Below, in pieces: positions 8,391 to 16,212 of a stretch of 51,960 bases of DNA. The stretch is from a phage. How positions within the stretch are numbered: position 1 is the first letter of the stretch; each line of letters opens with the position of its first letter. The translations under genes and the position numbers were made by a program. The notes under the pieces are model-generated. The model did not search any database and had not been told where the DNA came from. It saw only the letters and a program-made list of their open reading frames with translations. The DNA lies in sequence record PZ000615.1; one strand, given 5' to 3'.

Positions 8391-8404
8391 CGGCTCCTTT
8401 TTTT
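8382..8404 (+). terminator. Rho-independent terminator after spanin gene
   Basis: GGAGCC-TAAC-GGCTCC followed by TTTTTTT. Confidence 0.6.
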
Positions 8405-8565
8405 ATTCGTACAACTTGACGTGAAGGATACAAACCCCATCCTCATCATTAAGACCATGCTCAAAGTGACCGCTAGCCCTCATGCTGGTCGTCAACATTG
8501 ACAGCAGGGCGCAATTCAAACCCTCCCCGCTTATCCGGTTCACAGCCACACACTCAACGATTGAG

Positions 8566-8952
8566 TCAATTACTGTTTGAGCTTCCACGTATGGATCTGG
8601 CTCTTTCAATTTCGTGCCTCCTGAATAGATATTCGTCATCAAGCTTTCCGATGTTCATCATCTCTTTCATGTAAAGGCTCTCGCTTGCTTCCAGTGAATG
8701 CAGCTCAAAGTCAAACGGCCTGCTCTCTTTGTTCTTTACCCAAGCCTTTCCGCCCGACATATCCAGGTAGCCAAGCGTGCAAAGGCGCGGAATGAACTCA
8801 CGACCGACACAGGCGGCGAACTGCTTAGGAGTAACTCCGGCGCTCCTGGCTAATCGCTCACACTCGCGATGACCGAACACAAATGTTGATAACTCCTGGC
8901 GGGTAAATTCCCGCCGTGACTCTGCGAACCGATACAGATCAAGAATGAACAT
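8566..8952 (-). CDS. Hypothetical protein
   Basis: Track ORF; adjacent to stop of 526-aa gene; overlapped at 3' end by alternative-frame ORF 8403..8642. Confidence 0.4.
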   Translation of the reverse strand: MFILDLYRFAESRREFTRQELSTFVFGHRECERLARSAGVTPKQFAACVGREFIPRLCTLGYLDMSGGKAWVKNKESRPFDFELHSLEASESLYMKEMMNIGKLDDEYLFRRHEIERARSIRGSSNSN

Positions 8953-8954
8953 GA

Positions 8955-10535
8955 TTACCCCAGTAAGCGCGGGTTAACGTAAACGTCATCACCAATCAGG
9001 CAGACGTAACCTAATTCCTCAAGCTTTGGCAGCAGGTGATCACGAATGCGCTTTGTGACTCCAGACTGACCAAAGAAAGGTTTGATCTTGCGTACACCCT
9101 CATAGATTGAGCGGAACTTGATCACGCCTTTAGCGTTCTTGCCACGCTTGACGATGAAGTCAACGAGAACCCTCATCTCAGCATCGTCACCAGCATGACC
9201 AGCAGAGTTAGCTGATGAGAGATAAGTTTTGCTCAGCTCATAGAACATCGCAACAGCCTCTTGCATCGTGTCAAGGTCAACCGTCTTTGACTTCTGAGGG
9301 TTTGAGTTCTCACTCGACCAATTCCGGATCACGTGGATAACCGACGCAAGGCGAATCGCCTGTTTGTCAAACTTACCCATCGCACCGCGCAGCATCGTGT
9401 GAGAATACTTCCCACCATCCGCCAAGTGTGGCTCCATCTCCTGGCGTGCTCGGTTGAGATACTTCATCGCAGCCGCTCCCACCTTGAGCTTAATATCGCT
9501 CTCACTCATGATTTCGTGGATCAGCTTGTAGTATTTGGCGACAAGCTCTGAATCAATCGGGGTGTAAGTGCTTTCGCCTTTCTCATCGACGAACTTACGA
9601 CGACCCAAGTAAGACTCCTCACGAACCAGCAAGAAACGCTCCGATACACCGATACCACGCGAACCAGCCGCCATGATACCTTCTATCGTTTCGTCCTGAG
9701 CGATAACCGCAATCGCCCCCATAGCTACAAAGCTCATGTTGTTGTCAGCATTCGCACGAGCGATGGATACGTGACCGCTATCCCAGGCTTTAAGCACAAG
9801 TTCACTGTTCGTCTTGCGGCTCGCGTCCTGGTATGTCATGCCGAGCAATGAGTTGATACTCGTTGCCTCATCCGATATCACCGAGAAGTTGCCTTGTCGG
9901 TTGTTGATTCGAGCCAAGCCCTCCGGCGTGGTGTCGGATACAGGAAACACGATGTCACACATCTTTTCGAGTTTCTCCTCCAGATCCTCAAGCTCCTCGT
10001 AGAGGGATGCCATATCAGCTTTAGACTTCTCCCCCTTGAGTTCGGTCTTACACGCTGAGATCTTAGCCATTAAGCGTTTGCGCTCTTTCTTGCGCAGCTC
10101 GTTAAGGCGGTCAACCTCTGCGATCATTGGTTTGATTGCCATTGAGTTAATGGCTGATTTACCTGTCGATGGTGGCTGACTGGTTACGACGTAAAGCGCC
10201 GTTGGCTGATCTGTCCCGTGGTAGTCTACAGTGAATCGACCAAGCATAGCAGCAGACACGCACGCAAGAAAATGCATGTAAGCCGATGACTCTGGGAACT
10301 GAACAGAACGCGCCGCGTTTGCCGAAAGCTTTCCGACGATATCCAGATCGTTACCGAGAGAGATCACAGGATATTTGTCATTGCCGCCGTCAACGTCTTT
10401 AACCTCCGTCCAAAACGAGGACGAATGACGATACCCGTTAGCCTTTATTGCAACGCGCAGAGGTGAGATCCCCTCATTTTCTGCGATCACAATAATCTGC
10501 TGTGGCGTCATGGTCTGTTGCATATGGTCAAACAT
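8955..10535 (-). CDS. Large hypothetical protein with P-loop-like motif and coiled-coil segment; possibly replication-associated (DUF3987-like by recollection only)
   Basis: ATG with AAGGAG SD; PSTGKSA P-loop-like, SVISDEAT Walker-B-like, Glu/Lys-rich coiled coil ELEDLEEKLEK. Confidence 0.55.
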   Translation of the reverse strand: MFDHMQQTMTPQQIIVIAENEGISPLRVAIKANGYRHSSSFWTEVKDVDGGNDKYPVISLGNDLDIVGKLSANAARSVQFPESSAYMHFLACVSAAMLGRFTVDYHGTDQPTALYVVTSQPPSTGKSAINSMAIKPMIAEVDRLNELRKKERKRLMAKISACKTELKGEKSKADMASLYEELEDLEEKLEKMCDIVFPVSDTTPEGLARINNRQGNFSVISDEATSINSLLGMTYQDASRKTNSELVLKAWDSGHVSIARANADNNMSFVAMGAIAVIAQDETIEGIMAAGSRGIGVSERFLLVREESYLGRRKFVDEKGESTYTPIDSELVAKYYKLIHEIMSESDIKLKVGAAAMKYLNRARQEMEPHLADGGKYSHTMLRGAMGKFDKQAIRLASVIHVIRNWSSENSNPQKSKTVDLDTMQEAVAMFYELSKTYLSSANSAGHAGDDAEMRVLVDFIVKRGKNAKGVIKFRSIYEGVRKIKPFFGQSGVTKRIRDHLLPKLEELGYVCLIGDDVYVNPRLLG

Positions 10536-10610
10536 CTTTTCTCCTTAGTGGCGGTGAATAGTACACCGCCGATCATAAAACACTATCAGTCAAAAAGCCA
10601 GTTGGGGCGA

Positions 10611-11027
10611 TTACAAATATTTCGCTTCAAAAGTTGTTCCGTCAGCAATGCTAAAACCTACATCCTCGCGGTACAGGTTCCAGGGGCAACCGTCCTCATC
10701 AAAGATCAGACCAGCCACACCGCCAAGCGCTCGACCGGAATCCACCTGGTAACGCTTGCCAACCTTAAATGATTTCTTCATTGGGTTTTTGTGATCAAGC
10801 GACATGCACTTGAGGGTTTTGGTTTTCAGCTCAACGAACGTTGCAGCAACGACGCCATTACTTGAGATGAAGATTTCACCACTCACGCCAACCGACAGGA
10901 CAATCTTTTCCTTGCCCTTGCCAACGGTCACATTACCCTCGTCATCAACCTTTGCCTTTACCATATGGTTAGCGTTAAAAGCTTTGGTCAGTGACATTGT
11001 GCATTTCAGTTTGATTGATTTAGACAT
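10611..11027 (-). CDS. Hypothetical protein
   Basis: Track ORF. Confidence 0.5.
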   Translation of the reverse strand: MSKSIKLKCTMSLTKAFNANHMVKAKVDDEGNVTVGKGKEKIVLSVGVSGEIFISSNGVVAATFVELKTKTLKCMSLDHKNPMKKSFKVGKRYQVDSGRALGGVAGLIFDEDGCPWNLYREDVGFSIADGTTFEAKYL

Positions 11028-11038
11028 TTCTATGTTCC

Positions 11039-11200
11039 TTATGCAAAGTTTTTGAATTTACGAGCGCGGCGCTCCGCTATGATTCGATCCGACACATAGT
11101 GATCAACTCGGCTATCATTGAACTTTGTCACGATATCATCAACCACAAAGATAGCAAGCGGGAGGATAACGGAGATTGCCATGATGATTAAGATGATCAT
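11039..11200 (-). CDS. Small membrane protein (53 aa)
   Basis: Minus-strand ATG at 11200; translation MIILIIMAISVILPLAIFVVDDIVTKFNDS... with N-terminal TM helix; below track cutoff. Confidence 0.35.
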   Translation of the reverse strand: MIILIIMAISVILPLAIFVVDDIVTKFNDSRVDHYVSDRIIAERRARKFKNFA

Positions 11201-11236
11201 TTGTCGTTCCTTTGTGCGTTTCGTTTCGATGGAGCT

Positions 11237-11281
11237 AATATAACAAAACCCGCCGGAGCGGGTTTATCAAAAAGTGCTATT
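11237..11281 (-). promoter_or_regulatory. Promoter-like cassette (minus orientation) overlapping terminator hairpin
   Basis: Minus strand AATAGCACTTTTTGATAAA, hairpin CCCGCTCCGGCGGG in spacer, TATATT 22 nt after TTGATA; upstream of small membrane ORF. Confidence 0.35.
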
Positions 11282-11960
11282 TTCGATTAGCCTGGAAAAC
11301 TGCACGAGCGAAACCGCGAGGTGTGAGTGACCGTAACTGCTTGGTCTTTGATGACTTGCCTCCGAGGAACTTCCATCCCCAGAAGAACCAGACACCCTCA
11401 TCTTTAGGCAGTTCCATCTTAACTGGCTCCTTGAACCCGTTACCGCACCAGATACAGGTTTTCTTTGTGTACCCATCTCGCAACGGCATTTTAGGATGCC
11501 AGGAACCCTCATCAGCTCCTACGTAATATCCGAAATCGCGAGGGTGGAAATAAAAGTTCGGCTTGCCTAACTTGTCCTCGTTCGACATCTTCCCTACAGG
11601 ATTCTCAATCATCCATGGAATATCAAGTTCCTGGCCTATGTTCTTAACCACTTTCGCACACTCAAGAGCGTAAGCCATTTCATCCTCCTCGCGGAAGTGC
11701 TTAGCGCCGGAATGAGCAAACAGCGTGCAATCAGGGAACCCAAAGATGATGTCAGGGCGCGGAATGCCAAGCAGATCACACTTGATAAGAAAATCCTTAT
11801 CGATCCACATATTGACGTAACGAACCAGAGGGTGATTCATCTTCACGGCGTACTCACCATGATTTCCAGAGTCGGCGTTGAAGCAATACACCGTGTGACC
11901 ATGCTCAGCCCAAGGCAACCCCATAATGCCGGATCCGTCAAAAAGCGACCATACAATCAT
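11277..11960 (-). CDS. Compact DNA cytosine-C5 methyltransferase-like protein
   Basis: Motif I SLFDGSG (FxGxG), motif IV GFPDCTLFAHSG (catalytic Cys), motif VI WMIENPVG (ENV); only 227 aa; stop codon TAG lies inside promoter element copy. Confidence 0.55.
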   Translation of the reverse strand: MIVWSLFDGSGIMGLPWAEHGHTVYCFNADSGNHGEYAVKMNHPLVRYVNMWIDKDFLIKCDLLGIPRPDIIFGFPDCTLFAHSGAKHFREEDEMAYALECAKVVKNIGQELDIPWMIENPVGKMSNEDKLGKPNFYFHPRDFGYYVGADEGSWHPKMPLRDGYTKKTCIWCGNGFKEPVKMELPKDEGVWFFWGWKFLGGKSSKTKQLRSLTPRGFARAVFQANRK

Positions 11961-11969
11961 CTCACCACC

Positions 11970-12206
11970 TCACCAAAAAGGAACACATTCTTTGCAAGCG
12001 CCCGTCAACCTGCACTCGTCGTTACAATACGTCATGCCGTCATCGGCAACCATCGTCGGAACTACAGCTCCGCTCTCTGCGATCACATCCATATCACCAA
12101 GAGCGTCATCAAGCGTGATCTCTTGCGTTGCTACCTTCTCAGCCCACTCCGGATCTAATCCAGCCTTGCGAGCTTCATAATAACGGAATCTCTCTGAACG
12201 GTTCAT
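11970..12206 (-). CDS. Hypothetical protein
   Basis: Track ORF. Confidence 0.45.
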   Translation of the reverse strand: MNRSERFRYYEARKAGLDPEWAEKVATQEITLDDALGDMDVIAESGAVVPTMVADDGMTYCNDECRLTGACKECVPFW

Positions 12207-12526
12207 TTTTTATTCGCCTCTCTTAATTTTGCCGCGCATGATTTGCAGCACGTCTTGCCCCATCCGCGAGCAAGGTCTGAATTCCTTACCGGATATACCT
12301 TATCGCAACCTGGAGCCTCGCATTTCTTAAGCTTTCCAGCAGTGCGCTTTTTAAACTCATCAACCTGATTTGATTGCTCGGCCTTGCGCCAAAACTGTTG
12401 GATTGTTGCGATTTGCTCCCCGTCCTCATTAACCAAAATAAGGACTGATTTTGATTCGCTGGCGATCACATCGCAATGATGGGAGTCGCCATTTATTTCA
12501 ATCAGAACGCGATCACCAGCTTTCAT
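12203..12526 (-). CDS. Hypothetical protein with C-terminal Cys cluster (zinc-ribbon-like)
   Basis: Track ORF; C-terminal CEAPGC...CCKSC. Confidence 0.45.
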   Translation of the reverse strand: MKAGDRVLIEINGDSHHCDVIASESKSVLILVNEDGEQIATIQQFWRKAEQSNQVDEFKKRTAGKLKKCEAPGCDKVYPVRNSDLARGWGKTCCKSCAAKLREANKK

Positions 12527-12756
12527 TATTTCACCTCGGAAATGATTGGGAGCATTTCATTAACCAAACGGATAGCTGACTCAATGCCAACGCGCTTAAT
12601 TCCCGTTTCGTTATTCTTGCACAAAATAACGCTACCGATAGTTGAGCGGGTAATTACCAGGCGCTTAACGTTGTGGCCTTTGCTCGTGCGAATATCAACG
12701 GAGCCGTTAACAGCCACTTTATTCATAATTTCGGTCACGCTAAATTTGTTGTTCAT
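12526..12756 (-). CDS. Hypothetical protein
   Basis: Track ORF. Confidence 0.45.
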   Translation of the reverse strand: MNNKFSVTEIMNKVAVNGSVDIRTSKGHNVKRLVITRSTIGSVILCKNNETGIKRVGIESAIRLVNEMLPIISEVK

Positions 12757-12789
12757 TTCATTACCTTACTGTTTTGTTGGATTGAGTAA

Positions 12790-12836
12790 AGCTTAACGCC
12801 TTTCTCGTTATTTGTCTTTAGCAATTTGTGCTATTT
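12790..12836 (-). promoter_or_regulatory. Promoter element copy (minus orientation), weak -10
   Basis: Minus strand AATAGCACAAATTGCTAAA; hexamer at the expected position is TTAAGC (poor -10). Confidence 0.25.
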
Positions 12837-13194
12837 AATCGCGGGTAGTCTTGCCGTCGAAAGCTCTGAATTTAAAGTTCACAGTCGAGTTATAATGCGC
12901 TCGTGAATATCCGTCTGGGAAGTTAAAACCAGGCTCAATCTCACCGACGAAACATATAAAGTCACCGTTGTGATTGCTCAGATTAATACCACCATCAGCC
13001 AGGCTTAATTTAATCAAGTTGGCATTGTCTGCTGCCTTATAACCCTGAGGAAAGAATCGATCACACGCCGCTATAATCTCAGCTTTCTGCAACTCCAATA
13101 TCTCAGAGGTTGCTCTCTTTACGGCGTCAGTTACAGATCTCACAGGTTCAACCGGAGCGTAATATCGGGAGATGCTTACGTTTACATTTTTCAT
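12835..13194 (-). CDS. Hypothetical protein
   Basis: Track ORF. Confidence 0.45.
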   Translation of the reverse strand: MKNVNVSISRYYAPVEPVRSVTDAVKRATSEILELQKAEIIAACDRFFPQGYKAADNANLIKLSLADGGINLSNHNGDFICFVGEIEPGFNFPDGYSRAHYNSTVNFKFRAFDGKTTRD

Positions 13195-13430
13195 TCAACC
13201 ACCTCAAATGTTGCAACGCCGAGAATTGCCAGGCCGCGAGGCCAGCGAGTTAGAGCTATCCATCCGGAGCCGTGTTTATGCTCGCGATCAGCTCCAGTGA
13301 TAACGAACTCATTCGGGACTGTTTTGCCGTTAATAACCAAATCGGCAGCTTCGTACACCGAACCCTTTTTGAATGGAGTCAAGACCTTTTTGTCAGACGA
13401 CTCAATTACGTTTGAGCATTTTACTTTCAC
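13191..13430 (-). CDS. Hypothetical protein
   Basis: Track ORF, overlaps neighbours by 4 nt. Confidence 0.45.
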   Translation of the reverse strand: MKVKCSNVIESSDKKVLTPFKKGSVYEAADLVINGKTVPNEFVITGADREHKHGSGWIALTRWPRGLAILGVATFEVVE

Positions 13431-13678
13431 AGTTTTCGCCCCTCGTCAATAAAGCATTCCAGAAATACGCTCTTATCTTCCAAGTCGAGCGATGAGTGAT
13501 TCAGCCACTCAATCACAGTGCCGAGCTGAACATTGTCAGCGTAAGCCTGACGCCCTTCATTGCAGAGGTCAACCGAGTTAACAACCGGAGCCTCGACGGT
13601 GATTGTGTCGGCGTGAACTTCCCAGGCTGATCCAAGGATGCAAGCTGTTGCGATGATGATTGCAGTGATGCGTTTCAT
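13427..13678 (-). CDS. Small secreted/periplasmic protein (signal peptide)
   Basis: N-terminal MKRITAIIIATACILGSAWEVHA signal-peptide-like; first gene after a promoter element copy. Confidence 0.5.
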   Translation of the reverse strand: MKRITAIIIATACILGSAWEVHADTITVEAPVVNSVDLCNEGRQAYADNVQLGTVIEWLNHSSLDLEDKSVFLECFIDEGRKL

Positions 13679-13707
13679 GATGCGTTCTCCTCTGTTTCGT
13701 TGAGATA

Positions 13708-13752
13708 ACTATACCAAAGCCAGCCCCAGGAGTTTTAGCAATTCGTGCTATC
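13708..13752 (-). promoter_or_regulatory. Promoter-like cassette (minus orientation)
   Basis: Minus strand GATAGCACGAATTGCTAAA then TATAGT after 22 nt; upstream of secreted-protein gene. Confidence 0.4.
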
Positions 13753-13810
13753 TGAAAAGGCGGCGCGGAACATCCGCCCTTAATGTTTTTGACCAGTCAG
13801 AGCGTCGACG

Positions 13811-13969
13811 TTACTTTGCGTCATGCTCCTGTACCTCTGCGTAATAGTTAATCTCGTGATCGATTTCATGCTCTCGCTTTCGGGCGTCTGCCTCATCAAG
13901 CCAAACGCTATCAATCCAAGAGTCACCGCCTGACCAATTCTCATTCTTTGTTACGATCCAGACTTTCAT
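13811..13969 (-). CDS. Small acidic protein (52 aa)
   Basis: ATGA start/stop overlap with upstream gene 13966..14382; translation MKVWIVTKNENWSGGDSWIDSVWLDEADARKREHEIDHEINYYAEVQEHDAK; below track cutoff. Confidence 0.3.
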   Translation of the reverse strand: MKVWIVTKNENWSGGDSWIDSVWLDEADARKREHEIDHEINYYAEVQEHDAK

Positions 13970-14382
13970 GACAGTTCCTCCGGATGATACATTTTCTCGC
14001 GACGAATCTTGACATCAGCAATTCGATCCATTGTCGATTCAATGTGATGAACGGATGAGATCGCACGTTGCCATAACTTAAGATGACGATCCCATACGAA
14101 CGACATCCCAGAAATGACAGCAAAAGGATAACCGCGCTCTGAATGGTACAGCACGCCAGGGTATTCAATTTTCATCATGCTCTCAATGCGCTTGATCGCG
14201 TAGTTGATGAAGCAAGCCTGGCCGTTAGCGTTTCCGGTCGTGTAGGTATTGCGCCACACGATTTCCCAGTCCCGATATGCAACAACAACCTCAGTACGCC
14301 CGATTGAGTTGTGGTTACGCTGCACGCTAAAGCCAGCCTCACGAGCGCGTTTCAGTGCATCCTCAAGGTGATAGTGTCTCAT
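13966..14382 (-). CDS. Hypothetical protein
   Basis: Track ORF. Confidence 0.5.
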   Translation of the reverse strand: MRHYHLEDALKRAREAGFSVQRNHNSIGRTEVVVAYRDWEIVWRNTYTTGNANGQACFINYAIKRIESMMKIEYPGVLYHSERGYPFAVISGMSFVWDRHLKLWQRAISSVHHIESTMDRIADVKIRREKMYHPEELS

Positions 14383-14386
14383 TATC

Positions 14387-14650
14387 TCAGTCCTCTACTG
14401 TGAATTTGATCGGCTCTTTGCCGTCTGCTTTACGCTGCTTGTTAACCAGTGATTCGAACTTACTCATGCACTCCTTCAGATCTGTAAAGGTTGACGCCGT
14501 ACCCATAACCCGATACGACTCAACGTTTTTGCCGCGAACATAGTTGATAACCTTTTTGCAGATCTTGAACTTGTCACCCTTTGCGCTTGACTCCTGAAAC
14601 ACTGCGATTGTGGTTGAGCCATGCTTGAATGCTTTAGTGATGAATGCCAT
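14387..14650 (-). CDS. Hypothetical protein (first gene of leftward early operon)
   Basis: Track ORF; AGGAGG SD; preceded by promoter element copy. Confidence 0.5.
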   Translation of the reverse strand: MAFITKAFKHGSTTIAVFQESSAKGDKFKICKKVINYVRGKNVESYRVMGTASTFTDLKECMSKFESLVNKQRKADGKEPIKFTVED

Positions 14651-14674
14651 GAGAGCCTCCTGTTTCGATGAGAT

Positions 14675-14721
14675 GATTATGACCGATTCGAGACTGATTG
14701 GTTTAGCAAAAAGTGCTATTT
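14675..14721 (-). promoter_or_regulatory. Promoter-like cassette (minus orientation), first of leftward operon
   Basis: Minus strand AATAGCACTTTTTGCTAAA; CATAAT-like hexamer ~23 nt downstream; then CATCGAAACAGGAGG-ATG. Confidence 0.4.
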
Positions 14722-14902
14722 CTTGCAGATTGTCATAATGACTATATTGTTGCTGTATTGTTCATGATCGCATAACGCCTTTGCTCATATAGCAATAGTG
14801 ATTGTTGCTGTGATAGCAAATGTGTGCGCTCATTATTGCTTGATATGCATTAAGTTGAGAGGGGTAGAGATGGTGATTCGCTGTTCGCCTGATGACTGTT
14901 GG

Positions 14903-15445
14903 AAATTTCACGGAGGATTTGGGGAGGATTACGGAGGATTTCTCGGACTCAATTAGACGAACCTTTCAGAGCTACAGCTCATCTTTCTCCATCCCTGACT
15001 TGTCTGATATGCTACGGAGGGTTGCGGAGGATTACGGAGGATTTGCAATTCGGCTCTAGCCCTTGGTGCGCGTGGCTTGCGAGAGATTTACGCCGGAAAA
15101 TGTCGATTTCTCTATGGGGGCTGGTATAGATATACATAGAGAATGATGAGAAAGTGATGTGTCCATACGCTCACAGAAAAAATCCGATAACCCAATAATC
15201 AACATAATCCTCCGTAAACTATGAAACGATACCAATATACCAATAGAGAGATATAGTAATAATATATATAAAAACCCTTATATTACATATATATATAGTA
15301 TTATTATATACTATCTATACTGATTAGCTTGGTCATAAAATGAGCTGATTTTACGGAGGATGGTTCCGGCGCAATCCTCCGCGATTTCGATAAGTGTATG
15401 ATTTGCAAGGCTGCATTTACGGAGGGTATTTTCCGCAAAACACGT
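14903..15445. repeat. Iteron/AT-rich non-coding region A (candidate origin or regulatory hub)
   Basis: Tandem CGGAGGATT-like 10-11-bp repeats at 14911-14940 and 15015-15043, inverted/extra copies at 15206-15214, 15351-15362, 15371-15384, 15415-15428; AT-rich core 15225-15330; blocks shared with region B. Confidence 0.6.
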
Positions 15446-15458
15446 AAAAACAACCCAA

Positions 15459-15503
15459 AATAGCACTTTTTGCTAAAACCGCACCCCTGGCTTTTGCTAT
15501 TAT
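15459..15503 (+). promoter_or_regulatory. Promoter-like cassette, first of rightward array
   Basis: AATAGCACTTTTTGCTAAA 15459-15477; TATTAT 15498-15503; then CAACGAAACGAAAGG. Confidence 0.4.
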
Positions 15504-15539
15504 TATCTCAACGAAACGAAAGGCACAAAGGAAAACGTC

Positions 15540-15830
15540 ATGAAACTGGTACGCGAATCTATCAAGCTTGGCACTGAGTACAACGGCAAATGGTGGTTCA
15601 CTATCGACGGCAACGACGCCGATGAGCTGGAAGCTGCTCAAGATCGCCTTTCATCAATGGAGACTGGATCTCACACTGTTAAGGCTGACGGCTCACTGAA
15701 AGCCGAGAGATGGAATGACTACTGTGACGGATGCCCTTGTTATGAAGATGGTCACTCTGCTGGATACTGGATTCCTGTCGACATGGTTCCAGCATTCAAG
15801 GCAGCATGGAAGATTGCAAAGAAAGCCTAA
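15540..15830 (+). CDS. Hypothetical protein (first gene of rightward early array)
   Basis: Track ORF; stop TAA abuts promoter element. Confidence 0.5.
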   Translation: MKLVRESIKLGTEYNGKWWFTIDGNDADELEAAQDRLSSMETGSHTVKADGSLKAERWNDYCDGCPCYEDGHSAGYWIPVDMVPAFKAAWKIAKKA

Positions 15831-15873
15831 TAGCACGAATTGCTAAACATGAGCCGGAGCAATCCGGCATAAT
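15829..15873 (+). promoter_or_regulatory. Promoter-like cassette
   Basis: AATAGCACGAATTGCTAAA; hairpin CCGGAGCAATCCGG; CATAAT 15868-15873. Confidence 0.4.
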
Positions 15874-15913
15874 AGCCCCATCGAAACGAAACAGTAGCTA
15901 CAAGGAAAAGAAA

Positions 15914-16069
15914 ATGGTACAGTTCAACATCATCGATACTGGCAACAAGGCACTCCTCGGGTTCTTCCGGTTCAAGTGTACTGGTGACGGTTTCACAGGT
16001 TACGGCAACATCGAGCTCGACGCATACCAGGAATGGGCTGAGGCTCGCTACATTGGAGATAAAGACTGA
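15914..16069 (+). CDS. Small hypothetical protein (51 aa)
   Basis: ATG at 15914 with AAGGAAAAG SD; track ORF 15806..16069 has an upstream extension that reads through the promoter element. Confidence 0.35.
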   Translation: MVQFNIIDTGNKALLGFFRFKCTGDGFTGYGNIELDAYQEWAEARYIGDKD

Positions 16070-16212
16070 TGATACATATCGGATGGTTGGTAAACGGGAC
16101 GTTCTACCCTGCTAGCGAGGCTAAGCGGGTAGACATGATCAGAGAGTTCAGGGGCGACAAGGTCGACATCGTCGAGGTTTATGCGGAGCGTTATCCATGC
16201 GTAAAATACTGA
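16069..16212 (+). CDS. Small hypothetical protein (47 aa), uncertain
   Basis: ATG overlapping upstream stop, GGAGA SD; overlaps start of next gene. Confidence 0.25.
   Translation: MIHIGWLVNGTFYPASEAKRVDMIREFRGDKVDIVEVYAERYPCVKY

Noticed and set aside
14903-15445. Iteron regions as a CRISPR array
   Set aside because: Repeat unit is only ~10 bp, copies are tandem or irregularly spaced without unique spacers of constant length, and no cas genes are present.
15459-15477. Reading the AATAGCAC-N3-TTGCT element as a sigma54 (-24/-12) promoter
   Set aside because: Sigma54 needs GG-N10-GC; here the corresponding dinucleotides are AG and GC separated by only 8 nt, and a -10-like hexamer follows at fixed distance instead.
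15470-15503. TTGCTA of the element as a sigma70 -35 hexamer
   Set aside because: The distance to the -10-like hexamer is 22 nt in every copy, outside the 16-19 nt range for sigma70; the element is more likely a factor-binding site centred near -42.
14899-15641. ORFs 14899..15129 (+) and 15417..15641 (-) in the ORF track
   Set aside because: Fall inside iteron region A; translations are dominated by the repeated CGGAGGATT units (RRIS/GGLRRI), so they are repeat artefacts rather than genes.
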